DNA of 64,000 bases. Source: a virus. The stretch's first letter is position 1. Each line of letters starts with the position of its first letter. The stretch covers positions 32,001-96,000 of the IMG/VR virus record IMGVR_UViG_3300025276_000024. One strand, 5' to 3'. Shown piece by piece: positions 43,701 to 52,339 of this stretch. Made by a program: the position numbers and the translations under genes. The notes under the pieces are model-generated. The model was not told the DNA's origin. It was given only the letters and a program-made list of their open reading frames with translations, and did not search any database.

Positions 43701-46567
43701 TTATGTTAGAGTTTGATGCTGATGGTGTTTTCAATGGACAGTATGTAACTAAAATTGGTCAAAGATACTGGGATGAATATAATAAAGTTAGAGATCCTTT
43801 ATATGACAATGAGGGAACACCTTATCAATATAGACCTATTTATGATACAGAACAAGCACAAAAGACTGAGCAAGGTAGGAAAGATTTAGAATACAATATA
43901 GATTTGGCAGGTAAGAAAAGAGCCTTTGGTGATTTCTTTATGGCAGAAACAAAGAGAGAGGATGGATCATTAGGCAAAGGAGATAAACATGAATACACTC
44001 AGGAGTTTAAAGATGCAAGAGATAAGTTTGAAGTATGGAAGCCAGGATCAGAAAGTAGTTATAGAGGATTTTGGGAAAAGAAAGCAGGTATAAAAGCAGG
44101 AGAGTATGCTGCATATCAAGCTAGATATTACGAAGGGATACAATATACTAAAGCAGTTAGAGTTGATGGTGTAGCTACTGGAGCAATAATACAAGAACGA
44201 CAGGGTTTTATGGTTCCTAAAGTTGAATACAGAACAGTAAGAGAAATTTCTGGGTCAGGTATAAACTTCCGTAGTGATAAATATGATGCTATATTGTCAG
44301 GTAACGATGCTAAATCAGTAGCAGAAAGAGAGTTCTATAATCTGTATATTGATATGTTTGAGAATGACCTACTGAAAAAGATTCCAATTGGTCAAGCTGC
44401 AAATATGTTAGGCAGAGTACCTTTAGTACAGAATAAATTATTAGATGAGGTAACTGAAAGGGGGTCCTTCTTTACTAAGGTCTGGGCTAAAACAGTGAGT
44501 AGTAAAGCATTTAATATGTTTAAGCAAACGTCTACTCAAAAGAATGTTATACTAGATAACAATGGTTATATTATAGACCAGATGCCAGTATATTATACCG
44601 GGAGAGCTAAGATAGATAGTGACATGGCTGACTTAGAAAAAGAGATCAGTGCATTAAATGCTTCTTATAAAATAAACAAAATCACTGCTGATGAATATAA
44701 AACTAAAATTGCTGCTTTAAATGGTAAAATGACTAGGCTACGAGCTACACCAAGTAGAGGTCAAATAAGTAAGGATATGGCATCAAGTCTTTTGAAGTTT
44801 AGTGCAATGGCAGAAAACTATGAGACTATGGGTGCAATTGATGATACATTAAAAGCCTTTGTTAAAGTAATAGAAAAAAGAACTTATACTCCGGCTAAAG
44901 GAATGAAGCTAAAGTTATCATCTACATCCAAAGGTGAAACACAAGAAGACATTGGAACTAAAGCAAATACATCTACACAGGAAAAAAATACTGTCAGGAG
45001 AGCTAAGAAGTTTATGTCAATGATACACTATGATAATGAAATGATAACCAAAGGTGCAGTAGATAAAATTGCAGATGGTCTAATTCAATTGTCTTCTTTA
45101 TCTTATGTAGCATTTAACCCTTTTGGTAACTTTAATAACTACTTGATTGGTAGATTAAACAATAATATTGAAGCAATTGGTGGTAGATTTTATTCTCAAA
45201 AAGCATTTAAAAGAGCAACTTGGGAGTTTAACAAAAGAGCTCTTCCAGGTTTAGTACAAAGAACTGCCCACGGTGGTGCAGAAAGTCTTTTAGATGTAGT
45301 TACATTAGGTATTATACCTGGCTTAGATAAAGCTGATTATAATAAAAAATTACCTAATAGTAAATATGAAGCTTTTGTTGATATGTTTAGAATGATGGAC
45401 AACATGTCTGATTTACGTGAGCAAAGTATTGTAACAGAGGATGGTAAGAGTTGGTTTGATAAAGCTACAGAGTGGGGTTACATCATGCAAGATGCTGCTG
45501 AGTACAATTCACAAACTAAGGTAGGTATGGCTATTCTAATGGATACGTTTGTAAAAAACACAAAGACAGGGGATAAGCTATCAATGTTTGATGCATTTGA
45601 ATATGATACTGTAACTCATACAAATAAATTAAAAGAGGGATATGACGTTGTTATAAAAAGAAATGGACAAGAAGTGCCATATAGTGATGAGTTTAGATAT
45701 GAAATTAGAAATGAAATTAGAGAAGTAAATAAACAAATTCATGGTAACTATGCTAAGGAAGACAGGATGGTATTACAATCTCATACTCTTGGTAATCTAG
45801 CTGTTCAGTTTAAGAAATGGTTGGCCCCTGCTATTAGAGCAAGATATCAAAGAGAATATTTTGATCAGAATCTTGGTTGGATGGAAGGTAGATATAGATC
45901 TGCTTTATCATTTATAAACTATGCTAGAAAGGAAGTTGTACAAGGTAATCTAGACTTTAAAAATATGGGTAAAAAATACTTAGATGCCCAGGTTAATTTT
46001 TATAGCAATGATAAATTTGGTGTAGATAGAGAATATGGTAAGGGAGGAAACATGGATCAAAGAGCAAAAAATAAATTGTTTGGTTTTTATAGATCTATGG
46101 GTGACTTAGGTATTATGTTTAGTACATTATTTATATCTATGTTATTTGATGATATACTTTCTGGAGATGATGATGATAGTGATACTACTAAACGATTTAA
46201 AAACTTAACTAGATATCAAGCAGACAGAGTTTATAAAGAGCTTGTATTATTTATGCCATCATTTGCAGGGTTTAAACAAGTAGAGCAAATGTTTAACTCT
46301 CCAGTTGCTGCTTCACGTTCAGTAAGTGAACTGTCTGAGCTTATGGAAATGTTCTTTATAGGAGGGTTTAAATATTCTATGGCAAGAGTAACAGGAAATC
46401 TAGAAGGACCTGATGGTTTTTATGGGAATTCAAATTATGTATATCAAAGAGGTAATAGAAAGGGAGAGTTAAAGTTATATAAAAACTTTAAAGATGTATT
46501 TCCTATTGTTTATTCAATACAGAAGTGGGACTCTTATCTTAAGAATAGTGATTTCTATATTAAATAG
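40721..46567 (+). CDS. Large virion cargo protein with degenerate zincin-like domain and PD-(D/E)xK nuclease domain
   Basis: EEILH (~41396) in place of HExxH; GTAD..IMDLKT (~42326-42388) plus QVNLY, a RecB-like motif; follows the RNAP gene. Confidence 0.7.
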   Translation: MATCYNKNDAGYKALRTQYNSDVETSQVINNWQLLNDSKVFPSVVQAQTMVKDQNIVFSLKQKRFGESVIDNLRRERIGSNLNGQFLINNSNPATQSYDEAFLQSNLKRFNRYLEINNIPAESFSVTRTPKSYKIEAVNDLFSSRDILEKSRSWDTNRSRAVVMHLKRMFPQVKVKMLSVGQAKIMFESLPKWRKNNVGFDQVNSFYMDGTAYLIKGRVTDEIAIEEILHPFTDAIKMENEELFNNLLDEAVNNFPELTQQIEAAYNNKKFSDTERDLEIVTQALARHFKKEYETTPTTNFLAKVKEVLEWFKTVIENLNKYLTGRPLPVSAIKAGTNLSDIAKLLNTEGIQFKLEKRVDGKVRYSLTPAKEAQVRQALAVANDVQRPLILQLFNVAQLEDGTLVDSLSVSVKNAAAGDSIVTLNKENHTYINSKDKNKVYTSVTTAIKGKLSPEKQVEHQINLDIGNEVDTLLDGVIANLSFEDSLAAVETNNLSREDMQKTFNTLGSIMDSIRMKGAIVLSQVVLFDEASKMAGTADIFIIDQNGKVNIMDLKTTKNELSKEVALNDAKGKRTVNQYKGREYKLDKDSKLLAQYDKAGKLISEGVNKPGTLEELKALTTETQHNLQVNLYRRMAENMGYEVSYDEWSTSTIHFKVNISGKGIDQVYEGGIDFDRWVPHPVSQNLPLVDKIVPEALNSYQKSKLDQQQEGAYNKFWNGKDQTETTNDDDRSKAENYDEYNAAAGLLNTYQKALIAKRDMIPLLKSNIYMQSTKDKEIDQISKTIAYINIAMGDGVKQQSTALSEVLQDALEQIKDFQNFIQDPKNINSPEYVSYVLNFDKYMKTFDGLYIVKNTKGLNATQQRLILSLQTQLNNLSGAGTDTGGIVGIALKDYVKEQVRLKSNNDYGGEGSYFTEADLNLLLEKAQDISDTEYQTKDMATSPDVLLATMDKIRKAQNQKLLDRIAQRESLIRAAGQKLLKLSPESKLEDLYDFMLEFDADGVFNGQYVTKIGQRYWDEYNKVRDPLYDNEGTPYQYRPIYDTEQAQKTEQGRKDLEYNIDLAGKKRAFGDFFMAETKREDGSLGKGDKHEYTQEFKDARDKFEVWKPGSESSYRGFWEKKAGIKAGEYAAYQARYYEGIQYTKAVRVDGVATGAIIQERQGFMVPKVEYRTVREISGSGINFRSDKYDAILSGNDAKSVAEREFYNLYIDMFENDLLKKIPIGQAANMLGRVPLVQNKLLDEVTERGSFFTKVWAKTVSSKAFNMFKQTSTQKNVILDNNGYIIDQMPVYYTGRAKIDSDMADLEKEISALNASYKINKITADEYKTKIAALNGKMTRLRATPSRGQISKDMASSLLKFSAMAENYETMGAIDDTLKAFVKVIEKRTYTPAKGMKLKLSSTSKGETQEDIGTKANTSTQEKNTVRRAKKFMSMIHYDNEMITKGAVDKIADGLIQLSSLSYVAFNPFGNFNNYLIGRLNNNIEAIGGRFYSQKAFKRATWEFNKRALPGLVQRTAHGGAESLLDVVTLGIIPGLDKADYNKKLPNSKYEAFVDMFRMMDNMSDLREQSIVTEDGKSWFDKATEWGYIMQDAAEYNSQTKVGMAILMDTFVKNTKTGDKLSMFDAFEYDTVTHTNKLKEGYDVVIKRNGQEVPYSDEFRYEIRNEIREVNKQIHGNYAKEDRMVLQSHTLGNLAVQFKKWLAPAIRARYQREYFDQNLGWMEGRYRSALSFINYARKEVVQGNLDFKNMGKKYLDAQVNFYSNDKFGVDREYGKGGNMDQRAKNKLFGFYRSMGDLGIMFSTLFISMLFDDILSGDDDDSDTTKRFKNLTRYQADRVYKELVLFMPSFAGFKQVEQMFNSPVAASRSVSELSELMEMFFIGGFKYSMARVTGNLEGPDGFYGNSNYVYQRGNRKGELKLYKNFKDVFPIVYSIQKWDSYLKNSDFYIK

Positions 46568-46662
46568 GACAAATTTACAGGTTTAATTCTTTCAGTATTC
46601 ATTTAGATATCTTATATTATAGTATAAACCAGCAGTACCAGTGTTAAATTATACAATTATAT

Positions 46663-47907
46663 ATGAAAAAATATTTAAACTTACTGCTGTTATTTACATT
46701 CTTCTTTGTTTCTAATAGTATATACTCTCAATCAACTGAAGCGCCAGTAAAACAAAAATTCTTTAAAGGTTTATATGAAGACTTTTTAAAGTTTGGAACT
46801 ATATACGGGGCGGGTGATTTAAACAATTCAATAGAAGCTGATGAGTCAACTTACTTTGTTAGAACAGGAGACGGTGACGGCTTATATGATATACCTGTTG
46901 TAGTAAATAACACACCTGACTATCCATTTGATTATAGAGTGGGTATTGGTATTAGAAAGCTAGCAAGGTTTAGCTATGAGAGAAAACCCAAAAACTTTTA
47001 TGATGGTACAGAAGAACAGCTGGCATTTAGTGCCCCAACTTCTGCATTAAGAGGTTTAGAATATCAACTGCATTGGGAAAAGGAACGTTGGAGAGGAGAA
47101 GACTTTAAAAACCACAGGTTCTTTATAAAACATACAGGCAAATATCATATAGTTAAAGTTGAGTCAAGAGAAGTAGGAAAGATAAATCTAGCCTATCAAT
47201 CTGCTGAGGCAAGATTAAGACTACCTATAGGGGAGAAGTTTAGTATTTCTGCAGGTGCAATCTACCGTACTCATAACCGTGCTTATGGTTATAACCCAAT
47301 TGAAATATGGTTAAATGAAACACAAATGTTTACTGATCCTAATACAGGTGAGGAATTTGAATTCCCAGTTAATCCTTGGTATACTTTAGGATTTGAATAT
47401 GGATACACTGATCATTTTACTACATATACAGATGCAAACACAGGAGAAGAGATACAAGACTGGATCTGGAAAGATGCAGATGGAAACATTGTAGCTTATT
47501 CTGACATTGACTTTAGAGAAGGTGTATTTACAGATTTGATGAACCGCTTTAATAGGGAAGCTTTATCAGAGATACCTGGATTTGGTGAGATAGCACCAAT
47601 AGTAGGAATGGACTTCTATCATTACAAAAGAAACTTTTGGTTACATGCATATGCTAACTACATACTACCATATCACAGATATTTAAAAGGTGATGAAGTT
47701 GTCTCTTATTTAAATAGAAACAACTGGGGTAAGGGAGGCTTAAAAGATGATGCAGGATTAGAACAGTGGGCAGACTATTCATTTGGTGCTGATTTGGGTT
47801 TTAAAATAAATAAAAACTTAGGTATATTCATAGAAGGAGAATATTCTAAGATGTGGGATAGTGAATTATATCAGACTACACTTGGTCTTAATTATACATT
47901 TAGATAG
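46663..47907 (+). CDS. Predicted outer-membrane beta-barrel protein
   Basis: Sec-type signal (MKKYLNLLLLFTFFFV..YSQ), alternating aromatic beta-strands, C-terminal LGLNYTF beta-signal. Confidence 0.65.
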   Translation: MKKYLNLLLLFTFFFVSNSIYSQSTEAPVKQKFFKGLYEDFLKFGTIYGAGDLNNSIEADESTYFVRTGDGDGLYDIPVVVNNTPDYPFDYRVGIGIRKLARFSYERKPKNFYDGTEEQLAFSAPTSALRGLEYQLHWEKERWRGEDFKNHRFFIKHTGKYHIVKVESREVGKINLAYQSAEARLRLPIGEKFSISAGAIYRTHNRAYGYNPIEIWLNETQMFTDPNTGEEFEFPVNPWYTLGFEYGYTDHFTTYTDANTGEEIQDWIWKDADGNIVAYSDIDFREGVFTDLMNRFNREALSEIPGFGEIAPIVGMDFYHYKRNFWLHAYANYILPYHRYLKGDEVVSYLNRNNWGKGGLKDDAGLEQWADYSFGADLGFKINKNLGIFIEGEYSKMWDSELYQTTLGLNYTFR

Positions 47908-47909
47908 AC

Positions 47910-48320
47910 ATGAAAAAATTATTAATTATAGTATTAGCATTAACACTTACATCTTGTGGTAGCACATATAATCTCTCAACAGATTATAGAATTAAGAGTA
48001 TACTAACTATAACTGAAAAAGGAGATACACTTGCTGTACCAATTAGAGACTTTAAATTTAGAGTGCTTGATAGTAGAATATTACAGTTAATAGACCGCAA
48101 TCAATTTAGATATAGACAAGACTGGCAACGTTGGAATCCTTATCCTCTTCCATATATTAATAATAGGTCTTCAGTTATTCACGGTAATAACAACACTAGA
48201 GTGAGAGTAGAAAGAAATAATGTTAAACCGGTCAACACGCCTGTAATAATTAAGCCTTATAAGCCGTCTACCCCAATAAATGTAACACCAATTGTAAAAC
48301 CTAATAAAAAAAGTAATTAA
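47910..48320 (+). CDS. Lipoprotein with Pro-rich tail
   Basis: MKKLLIIVLALTLTSC-GS lipobox. Confidence 0.7.
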   Translation: MKKLLIIVLALTLTSCGSTYNLSTDYRIKSILTITEKGDTLAVPIRDFKFRVLDSRILQLIDRNQFRYRQDWQRWNPYPLPYINNRSSVIHGNNNTRVRVERNNVKPVNTPVIIKPYKPSTPINVTPIVKPNKKSN

Positions 48321-48321
48321 A

Positions 48322-48609
48322 ATGGCAGAAGTACCTCAGATAGGAGAACAAACAAAAGTAACTTTAGATTTAAAAACAATTGGGATGATAGTGGGTTTTG
48401 TAATATCACTATCAACAATGTGGTTTACATTAAAGGCAGATATAGCAACGGCTATGGAAAATCCAAAACCACCAATTGAAAGAGTGGAGTATGATCTTAA
48501 AGATGAACTTGTAAGACAAACCATAATGGAAACACAGGAAGACGTTGAGATGCTTCTTATGAAATTTGAAAAGATGGAAGAGAGAATCTATGAGTTAACC
48601 AAAAGATAA
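48322..48609 (+). CDS. Single-pass membrane protein with C-terminal coiled coil
   Basis: TIGMIVGFVISLSTMWF hydrophobic helix followed by charged heptads. Confidence 0.65.
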   Translation: MAEVPQIGEQTKVTLDLKTIGMIVGFVISLSTMWFTLKADIATAMENPKPPIERVEYDLKDELVRQTIMETQEDVEMLLMKFEKMEERIYELTKR

Positions 48610-48613
48610 TATT

Positions 48614-49039
48614 ATGAAAAAGGATCTTCTGTTTGTTATAACGTTATTATTTACTACTACAATAACTATACAGGCTCAAGAATGGGTTACAGATCTAAAC
48701 TATGCTGATAAAGTAACAGGTAGTTCAGCATTTGATGATGACTTACATGAGATTATTGTTGTAGAGTTTTGGGCAAAGTTTAATGAACAAAATGCATTTC
48801 CTGATTGGAAAAAGTTAGATGATATAGAAGGTGTAACATACTATAGATGTGACATAGCTACATCACCTAACTTAAAAAAAGAACTAAGAATAAGAATGGC
48901 ACCAACCTTATTGATTTATACAAAAGGTGAAGCTTTTATAAAGTTTAAGGCTAAGGCAGGATTAGATCTTTTGTGTCCTGTGGATTATCCTAAAATGATC
49001 AGAGCTATAGAAGTTGTCAGAAGAGAGTCACAGTATTAA
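48614..49039 (+). CDS. Exported thioredoxin-fold protein lacking CxxC
   Basis: Signal peptide ending AQE; IIVVEFWAKFN aligns with Trx VVDFWAxWC; IRMAPTLLIY carries the cis-Pro motif. Confidence 0.65.
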   Translation: MKKDLLFVITLLFTTTITIQAQEWVTDLNYADKVTGSSAFDDDLHEIIVVEFWAKFNEQNAFPDWKKLDDIEGVTYYRCDIATSPNLKKELRIRMAPTLLIYTKGEAFIKFKAKAGLDLLCPVDYPKMIRAIEVVRRESQY

Positions 49040-49190
49040 TAATACATGTTCAAGTTGTGCTAAACCCATGACTTATTATGGAGGCACCATCAAAGATGGG
49101 CCTTTTTTTTATTGTCATAACTGTGATGTTATAGAATTTATTTACCCTTCACAACTAGAACACTCTAATATATCACGTGCAAAATCTTGA
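49014..49190 (+). CDS. Possible 58-aa Zn-ribbon microprotein (not in ORF track)
   Basis: TTG start; MSEESHSINNTCSSCAKPMTYYGGTIKDGPFFYCHNCDVIEF...; CxxC-x18-CxxC. Overlaps a terminator and the nrdA 3' end, so uncertain. Confidence 0.35.
   Translation: MSEESHSINNTCSSCAKPMTYYGGTIKDGPFFYCHNCDVIEFIYPSQLEHSNISRAKS
49083..49110 (+). terminator. Rho-independent terminator
   Basis: GGC(A)CCATC-AAA-GATGGGCC followed by T8, between convergent genes. Confidence 0.65.
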
Positions 49191-50767
49191 GCACTACTCT
49201 TACTAAACTGATAATATAAAGTCTTTACACCTTCTTCCCAGGCGTACATATAAAGTTTATTTATATCTTTAGCTGAGACAGATGGATCTATCATCAAGTT
49301 TAATGATTGTGACTGATCAATATGCTTTTGTCTTTGAGCTGCTTGAAGAACAATCTCTTTTGGAGATATTTCAACAAAAGACTTAAACACTTCTTTAGTA
49401 GGGAAATCTAAATGTTGCACGCTACCATCTTTCTTTAGGATAGACTTCCAAGTCTTGTCTGTATTTAGACCATACTTCTCAAGCTCCTCTTCTAAAAACG
49501 GGTTCCTGTAGATAGTCTTAGACTTAGCAAGATCCTTAATAAAGTAGTTAGACTTGATAGGCTCTATACCCATAGACACAGCACCGTGTATAAATGAACT
49601 AGACTTAGTAGGAGCAATGGCCATAAGAGTAGTATTAGCATACCCTTCTCTAAGAGATGTGTACCCATACTCTTTATGCAGCTCTCTGGAAGCAATCTCA
49701 CTTCTATCTTTAAGTGTTCTAAATATCTCACTATTTAATCCTTTAGCTTGCAATGAGTCAAACTCAAGAAGCTTAGATTGAAATAAAGAATGGTATCCTA
49801 ACACACCAAGACCAATTGCTCTATGCTTCTCAGCAAAGTTAAACGCTCTCTTCATGCCCGGCATAGTCTCAGACTTAATAATGAATTCATCCATTACTGC
49901 ATTTAAGAAATACACATATGTTTCAATTGCATCAGTTTCTTTTATCTGGTCCCAATGTAATAGGTTAATAGAACCCAAGCAACATACAAAAGAATTATAA
50001 CTATCAGTAGGAAGCTGGATCTCTGAACATAAATTAGATGCTGTGATATCCATTCCAAGCTCTTTGTAAGGAGAGTTGTTATTAGAGTTATCTTTAAACA
50101 TAATATAAGGAAATCCAAATTCACTTCTGTTCTGAATGATCTTGGCCCATACTTTACGTTTACCTTTATCTCCTTCTTTCATCTCATTCATCCATTGATC
50201 AGTAACTGTTACACCATACTGTAAATTTTGTATGGGGTTACCTTCTGTACCAATATCTAAGAACTCTAAGATATCTGCATGCTCAACTGGTAGGTATACT
50301 GCACAAGCACCACGTCTTGCTTCAGATTGCTTACAAACATCTACTACAGTATCATACATTCTAGCATAATGAATAGGACCATCTGCATGACCTCCAGTAG
50401 AAATCTCAGTTCCTCTAGGCCTAATATTACCCAAATAGGCGCTTGTACCCCCACCATATTTACTCATCATACCTATCTCACGTGCAGCATTTAAAATACT
50501 ATCTAGGTTATCATCTACATTAGATCCATAACAACTAATTGGCAGACCCTTTTGTTTACCAAAATTAATCCATACAGGAGTAGACAAAGAGTAAAATCCT
50601 TTTGTCATATAATCCTCAAACTTTTCTGCAAAGCCTTTTATATTTAAATATTTTTCTGCCTTAATAGCAATATCTTTTATTCTTTGCTCAGGTGTTTCTG
50701 TAATATATCCTCTTGATAAGAAGGTTCTGCTATCTTCATTAAGCCAGTAATATTTTTTGTATTCCAT
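49142..50767 (-). CDS. nrdA: Ribonucleotide reductase class I alpha subunit, no ATP cone (NrdAi-like)
   Basis: SC, NLCSE, VCCLGS, APTKSSS, TLYY and C-terminal CSSC motifs. Start probably MEYKKYYW at 50767, preceded by A-rich AAAAAACCAAAC. Confidence 0.93.
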   Translation of the reverse strand: MEYKKYYWLNEDSRTFLSRGYITETPEQRIKDIAIKAEKYLNIKGFAEKFEDYMTKGFYSLSTPVWINFGKQKGLPISCYGSNVDDNLDSILNAAREIGMMSKYGGGTSAYLGNIRPRGTEISTGGHADGPIHYARMYDTVVDVCKQSEARRGACAVYLPVEHADILEFLDIGTEGNPIQNLQYGVTVTDQWMNEMKEGDKGKRKVWAKIIQNRSEFGFPYIMFKDNSNNNSPYKELGMDITASNLCSEIQLPTDSYNSFVCCLGSINLLHWDQIKETDAIETYVYFLNAVMDEFIIKSETMPGMKRAFNFAEKHRAIGLGVLGYHSLFQSKLLEFDSLQAKGLNSEIFRTLKDRSEIASRELHKEYGYTSLREGYANTTLMAIAPTKSSSFIHGAVSMGIEPIKSNYFIKDLAKSKTIYRNPFLEEELEKYGLNTDKTWKSILKKDGSVQHLDFPTKEVFKSFVEISPKEIVLQAAQRQKHIDQSQSLNLMIDPSVSAKDINKLYMYAWEEGVKTLYYQFSKSSAQDFARDILECSSCEG

Positions 50768-50777
50768 GTTTGGTTTT

Positions 50778-51758
50778 TTAGAAGAGATCATCTTCAGTTA
50801 TACTTTTACTTTTTTTATTATAGTCTACGCTTTTTTTGTAGAAGAAATCACCTTCTTTAGTTCCAGTAATTTCAATGTCAAACCACTCAGTTGATTTTAA
50901 TAATTCTTGGTCAACTTTAAAGATGCTTTTCATGCCTATCTTTTCCAATGAGTTGTTAAATCTGTTTTTTATAAAATGACGTATAGTCTCTTTAGGCAAG
51001 AAACTTAATTCACCTTGTTCAAATATCCAGTCTAAAATACCACACTCTGCTTCATATGCTTTTCTACATGCAGAATCAATGAGCTCTTCAAATTCAGAAT
51101 CAAACCACTCAGGATTTTCTTTTTTAATAATATTTATAATTTCAGCACCAAAGTTTCCATGTATTTCTTCTTCCTTACTAGTAGCCTCAACAACATTAGA
51201 TATACCTTTAAGTACATTTTTTTCTTTGTTAAAACTCATCATAATTAAGAACTGGCTAAATAAACTTACGTGCTCTATAAATAAAGAAAACAATAGTACG
51301 GACTTGGTATACATTTTATTGTCTCTAGAACGTGTACCATCTAGGTATTTCTTTAGGTACTTAAGTCTACCGGCAATGGCAGGAACTTCAACAACTGATT
51401 CAAATTCTTTCTCTAAACCTAAGATCCTCAACAACCTAGCATAAGCATCTTTGTGTCTCACTTCTGATTCAGCAAAGGTAAAACCAACATCTCCAACTTC
51501 TGTAATTGGCATACGTTTATATAAATCTCCCCAAAAAGTTTTTACATTTACTTCTATTTGTGCAATAGCAAGCATAGTCTTTTTAATGACATCTTTTTCT
51601 TCATTTGATATAGTGATTTTAAAATCTTGTATATCTTCTGTAAAGTTAAATTCAGTATCAATCCAGTAAGAATGTCTAATTGCGTCTTTATAAGCTAATA
51701 GTTGTGGGTACTCATAAGGCAATATATTTACCCGTGGTTTGAAGATGTCTTTATTCAT
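50778..51758 (-). CDS. nrdB: Ribonucleotide reductase class I beta subunit (class Id/NrdBi-like)
   Basis: QIE(69)VNVK(73), E99xxH102, Y106, IEHVSLF, EEEIH, C-terminal DFF..SVDY. Confidence 0.93.
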   Translation of the reverse strand: MNKDIFKPRVNILPYEYPQLLAYKDAIRHSYWIDTEFNFTEDIQDFKITISNEEKDVIKKTMLAIAQIEVNVKTFWGDLYKRMPITEVGDVGFTFAESEVRHKDAYARLLRILGLEKEFESVVEVPAIAGRLKYLKKYLDGTRSRDNKMYTKSVLLFSLFIEHVSLFSQFLIMMSFNKEKNVLKGISNVVEATSKEEEIHGNFGAEIINIIKKENPEWFDSEFEELIDSACRKAYEAECGILDWIFEQGELSFLPKETIRHFIKNRFNNSLEKIGMKSIFKVDQELLKSTEWFDIEITGTKEGDFFYKKSVDYNKKSKSITEDDLF

Positions 51759-51898
51759 AAGATTAAGTTAAGGATTAAAAAGCCCCATCCTTCATAAAGA
51801 AAAATGCGGCTACGTGATGTATTTAATTTACTAAATGCAGCTGATATATGAAAGACTTTTCTAAGTTTTGTTTTAGTTTTATCTTTCAGCAGATTTGA

Positions 51899-51906
51899 CA
51901 AAGATA
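51899..51906 (-). promoter_or_regulatory. Bacteroidota sigma70 -7 box (TATCTTTG) upstream of nrdB
   Basis: Exact TAnnTTTG on the - strand; no clear -33 TTTG at the expected spacing. Confidence 0.45.
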
Positions 51907-51946
51907 ATATTTATATATCTTAATCAGTTGTATAAGTGACACAAAA

Positions 51947-51966
51947 TTTGTATATTATTCATATAG
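51947..51966 (+). promoter_or_regulatory. Candidate phage late-promoter motif (copy 3)
   Basis: TTTGTATATTATTCATATAG, 19 nt before the ATG at 51986. Confidence 0.55.
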
Positions 51967-51985
51967 CACTTTTAAAAAACAAACT

Positions 51986-52240
51986 ATGTTTAAAAAAATT
52001 ATACATGTTCTCTGGACCTATAGCCTTCAGGATTACTGGAGAGCTGTTTGGTCAAGGACTTCAATTGATGAGAAAGCAGAAGCTACTCTAGTTGAAATAG
52101 TTAAGCGTTATAAACTTACAGCTGATGAATTAGCTGATGTTGGTAAAGCAATTAAAGCTGTGGGAACTCAATTAGGACATGTCCCTAAAGCAGTTGCAGG
52201 CAAAACAAGAAAAGGCAGAAAGAAAAAGGAAATGAAATGA
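51986..52240 (+). CDS. Hypothetical protein, basic C-terminus
   Basis: A-rich leader; first gene after the promoter motif; ATGA overlap with the next ORF. Confidence 0.65.
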   Translation: MFKKIIHVLWTYSLQDYWRAVWSRTSIDEKAEATLVEIVKRYKLTADELADVGKAIKAVGTQLGHVPKAVAGKTRKGRKKKEMK

Positions 52241-52338
52241 AAAATATTTGTTTACTTATACAATGGATAACAAGAGGTAAAGTCTGTTTAGGACATTGCC
52301 GTAAAGGAATTTGTAACAAAACCAAAAGCAATATATAA
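52237..52338 (+). CDS. 33-aa Cys-rich basic microprotein (not in ORF track)
   Basis: MKNICLLIQWITRGKVCLGHCRKGICNKTKSNI; ATGA overlap with the upstream stop; tiles the gap exactly. Confidence 0.55.
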   Translation: MKNICLLIQWITRGKVCLGHCRKGICNKTKSNI

Positions 52339-52339
52339 A

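Noticed and set aside
23404-46567. xxxGG matches in the 1123-, 4639- and 1948-aa proteins as processing sites
   Set aside because: Sparse, poorly matching and not clearly at domain borders; compatible with chance.
50768-50791. N-terminal extension MISSKKPN of NrdA from the ORF track
   Set aside because: Overlaps the nrdB end; the ATG at 50767 has a typical A-rich Bacteroidota leader and is the more plausible start.
51755-51901. 48-codon - strand ORF ending in an ATGA overlap with nrdB (possible leader peptide)
   Set aside because: Its TTG start lies inside the putative -7 promoter box and the peptide has no recognisable features.
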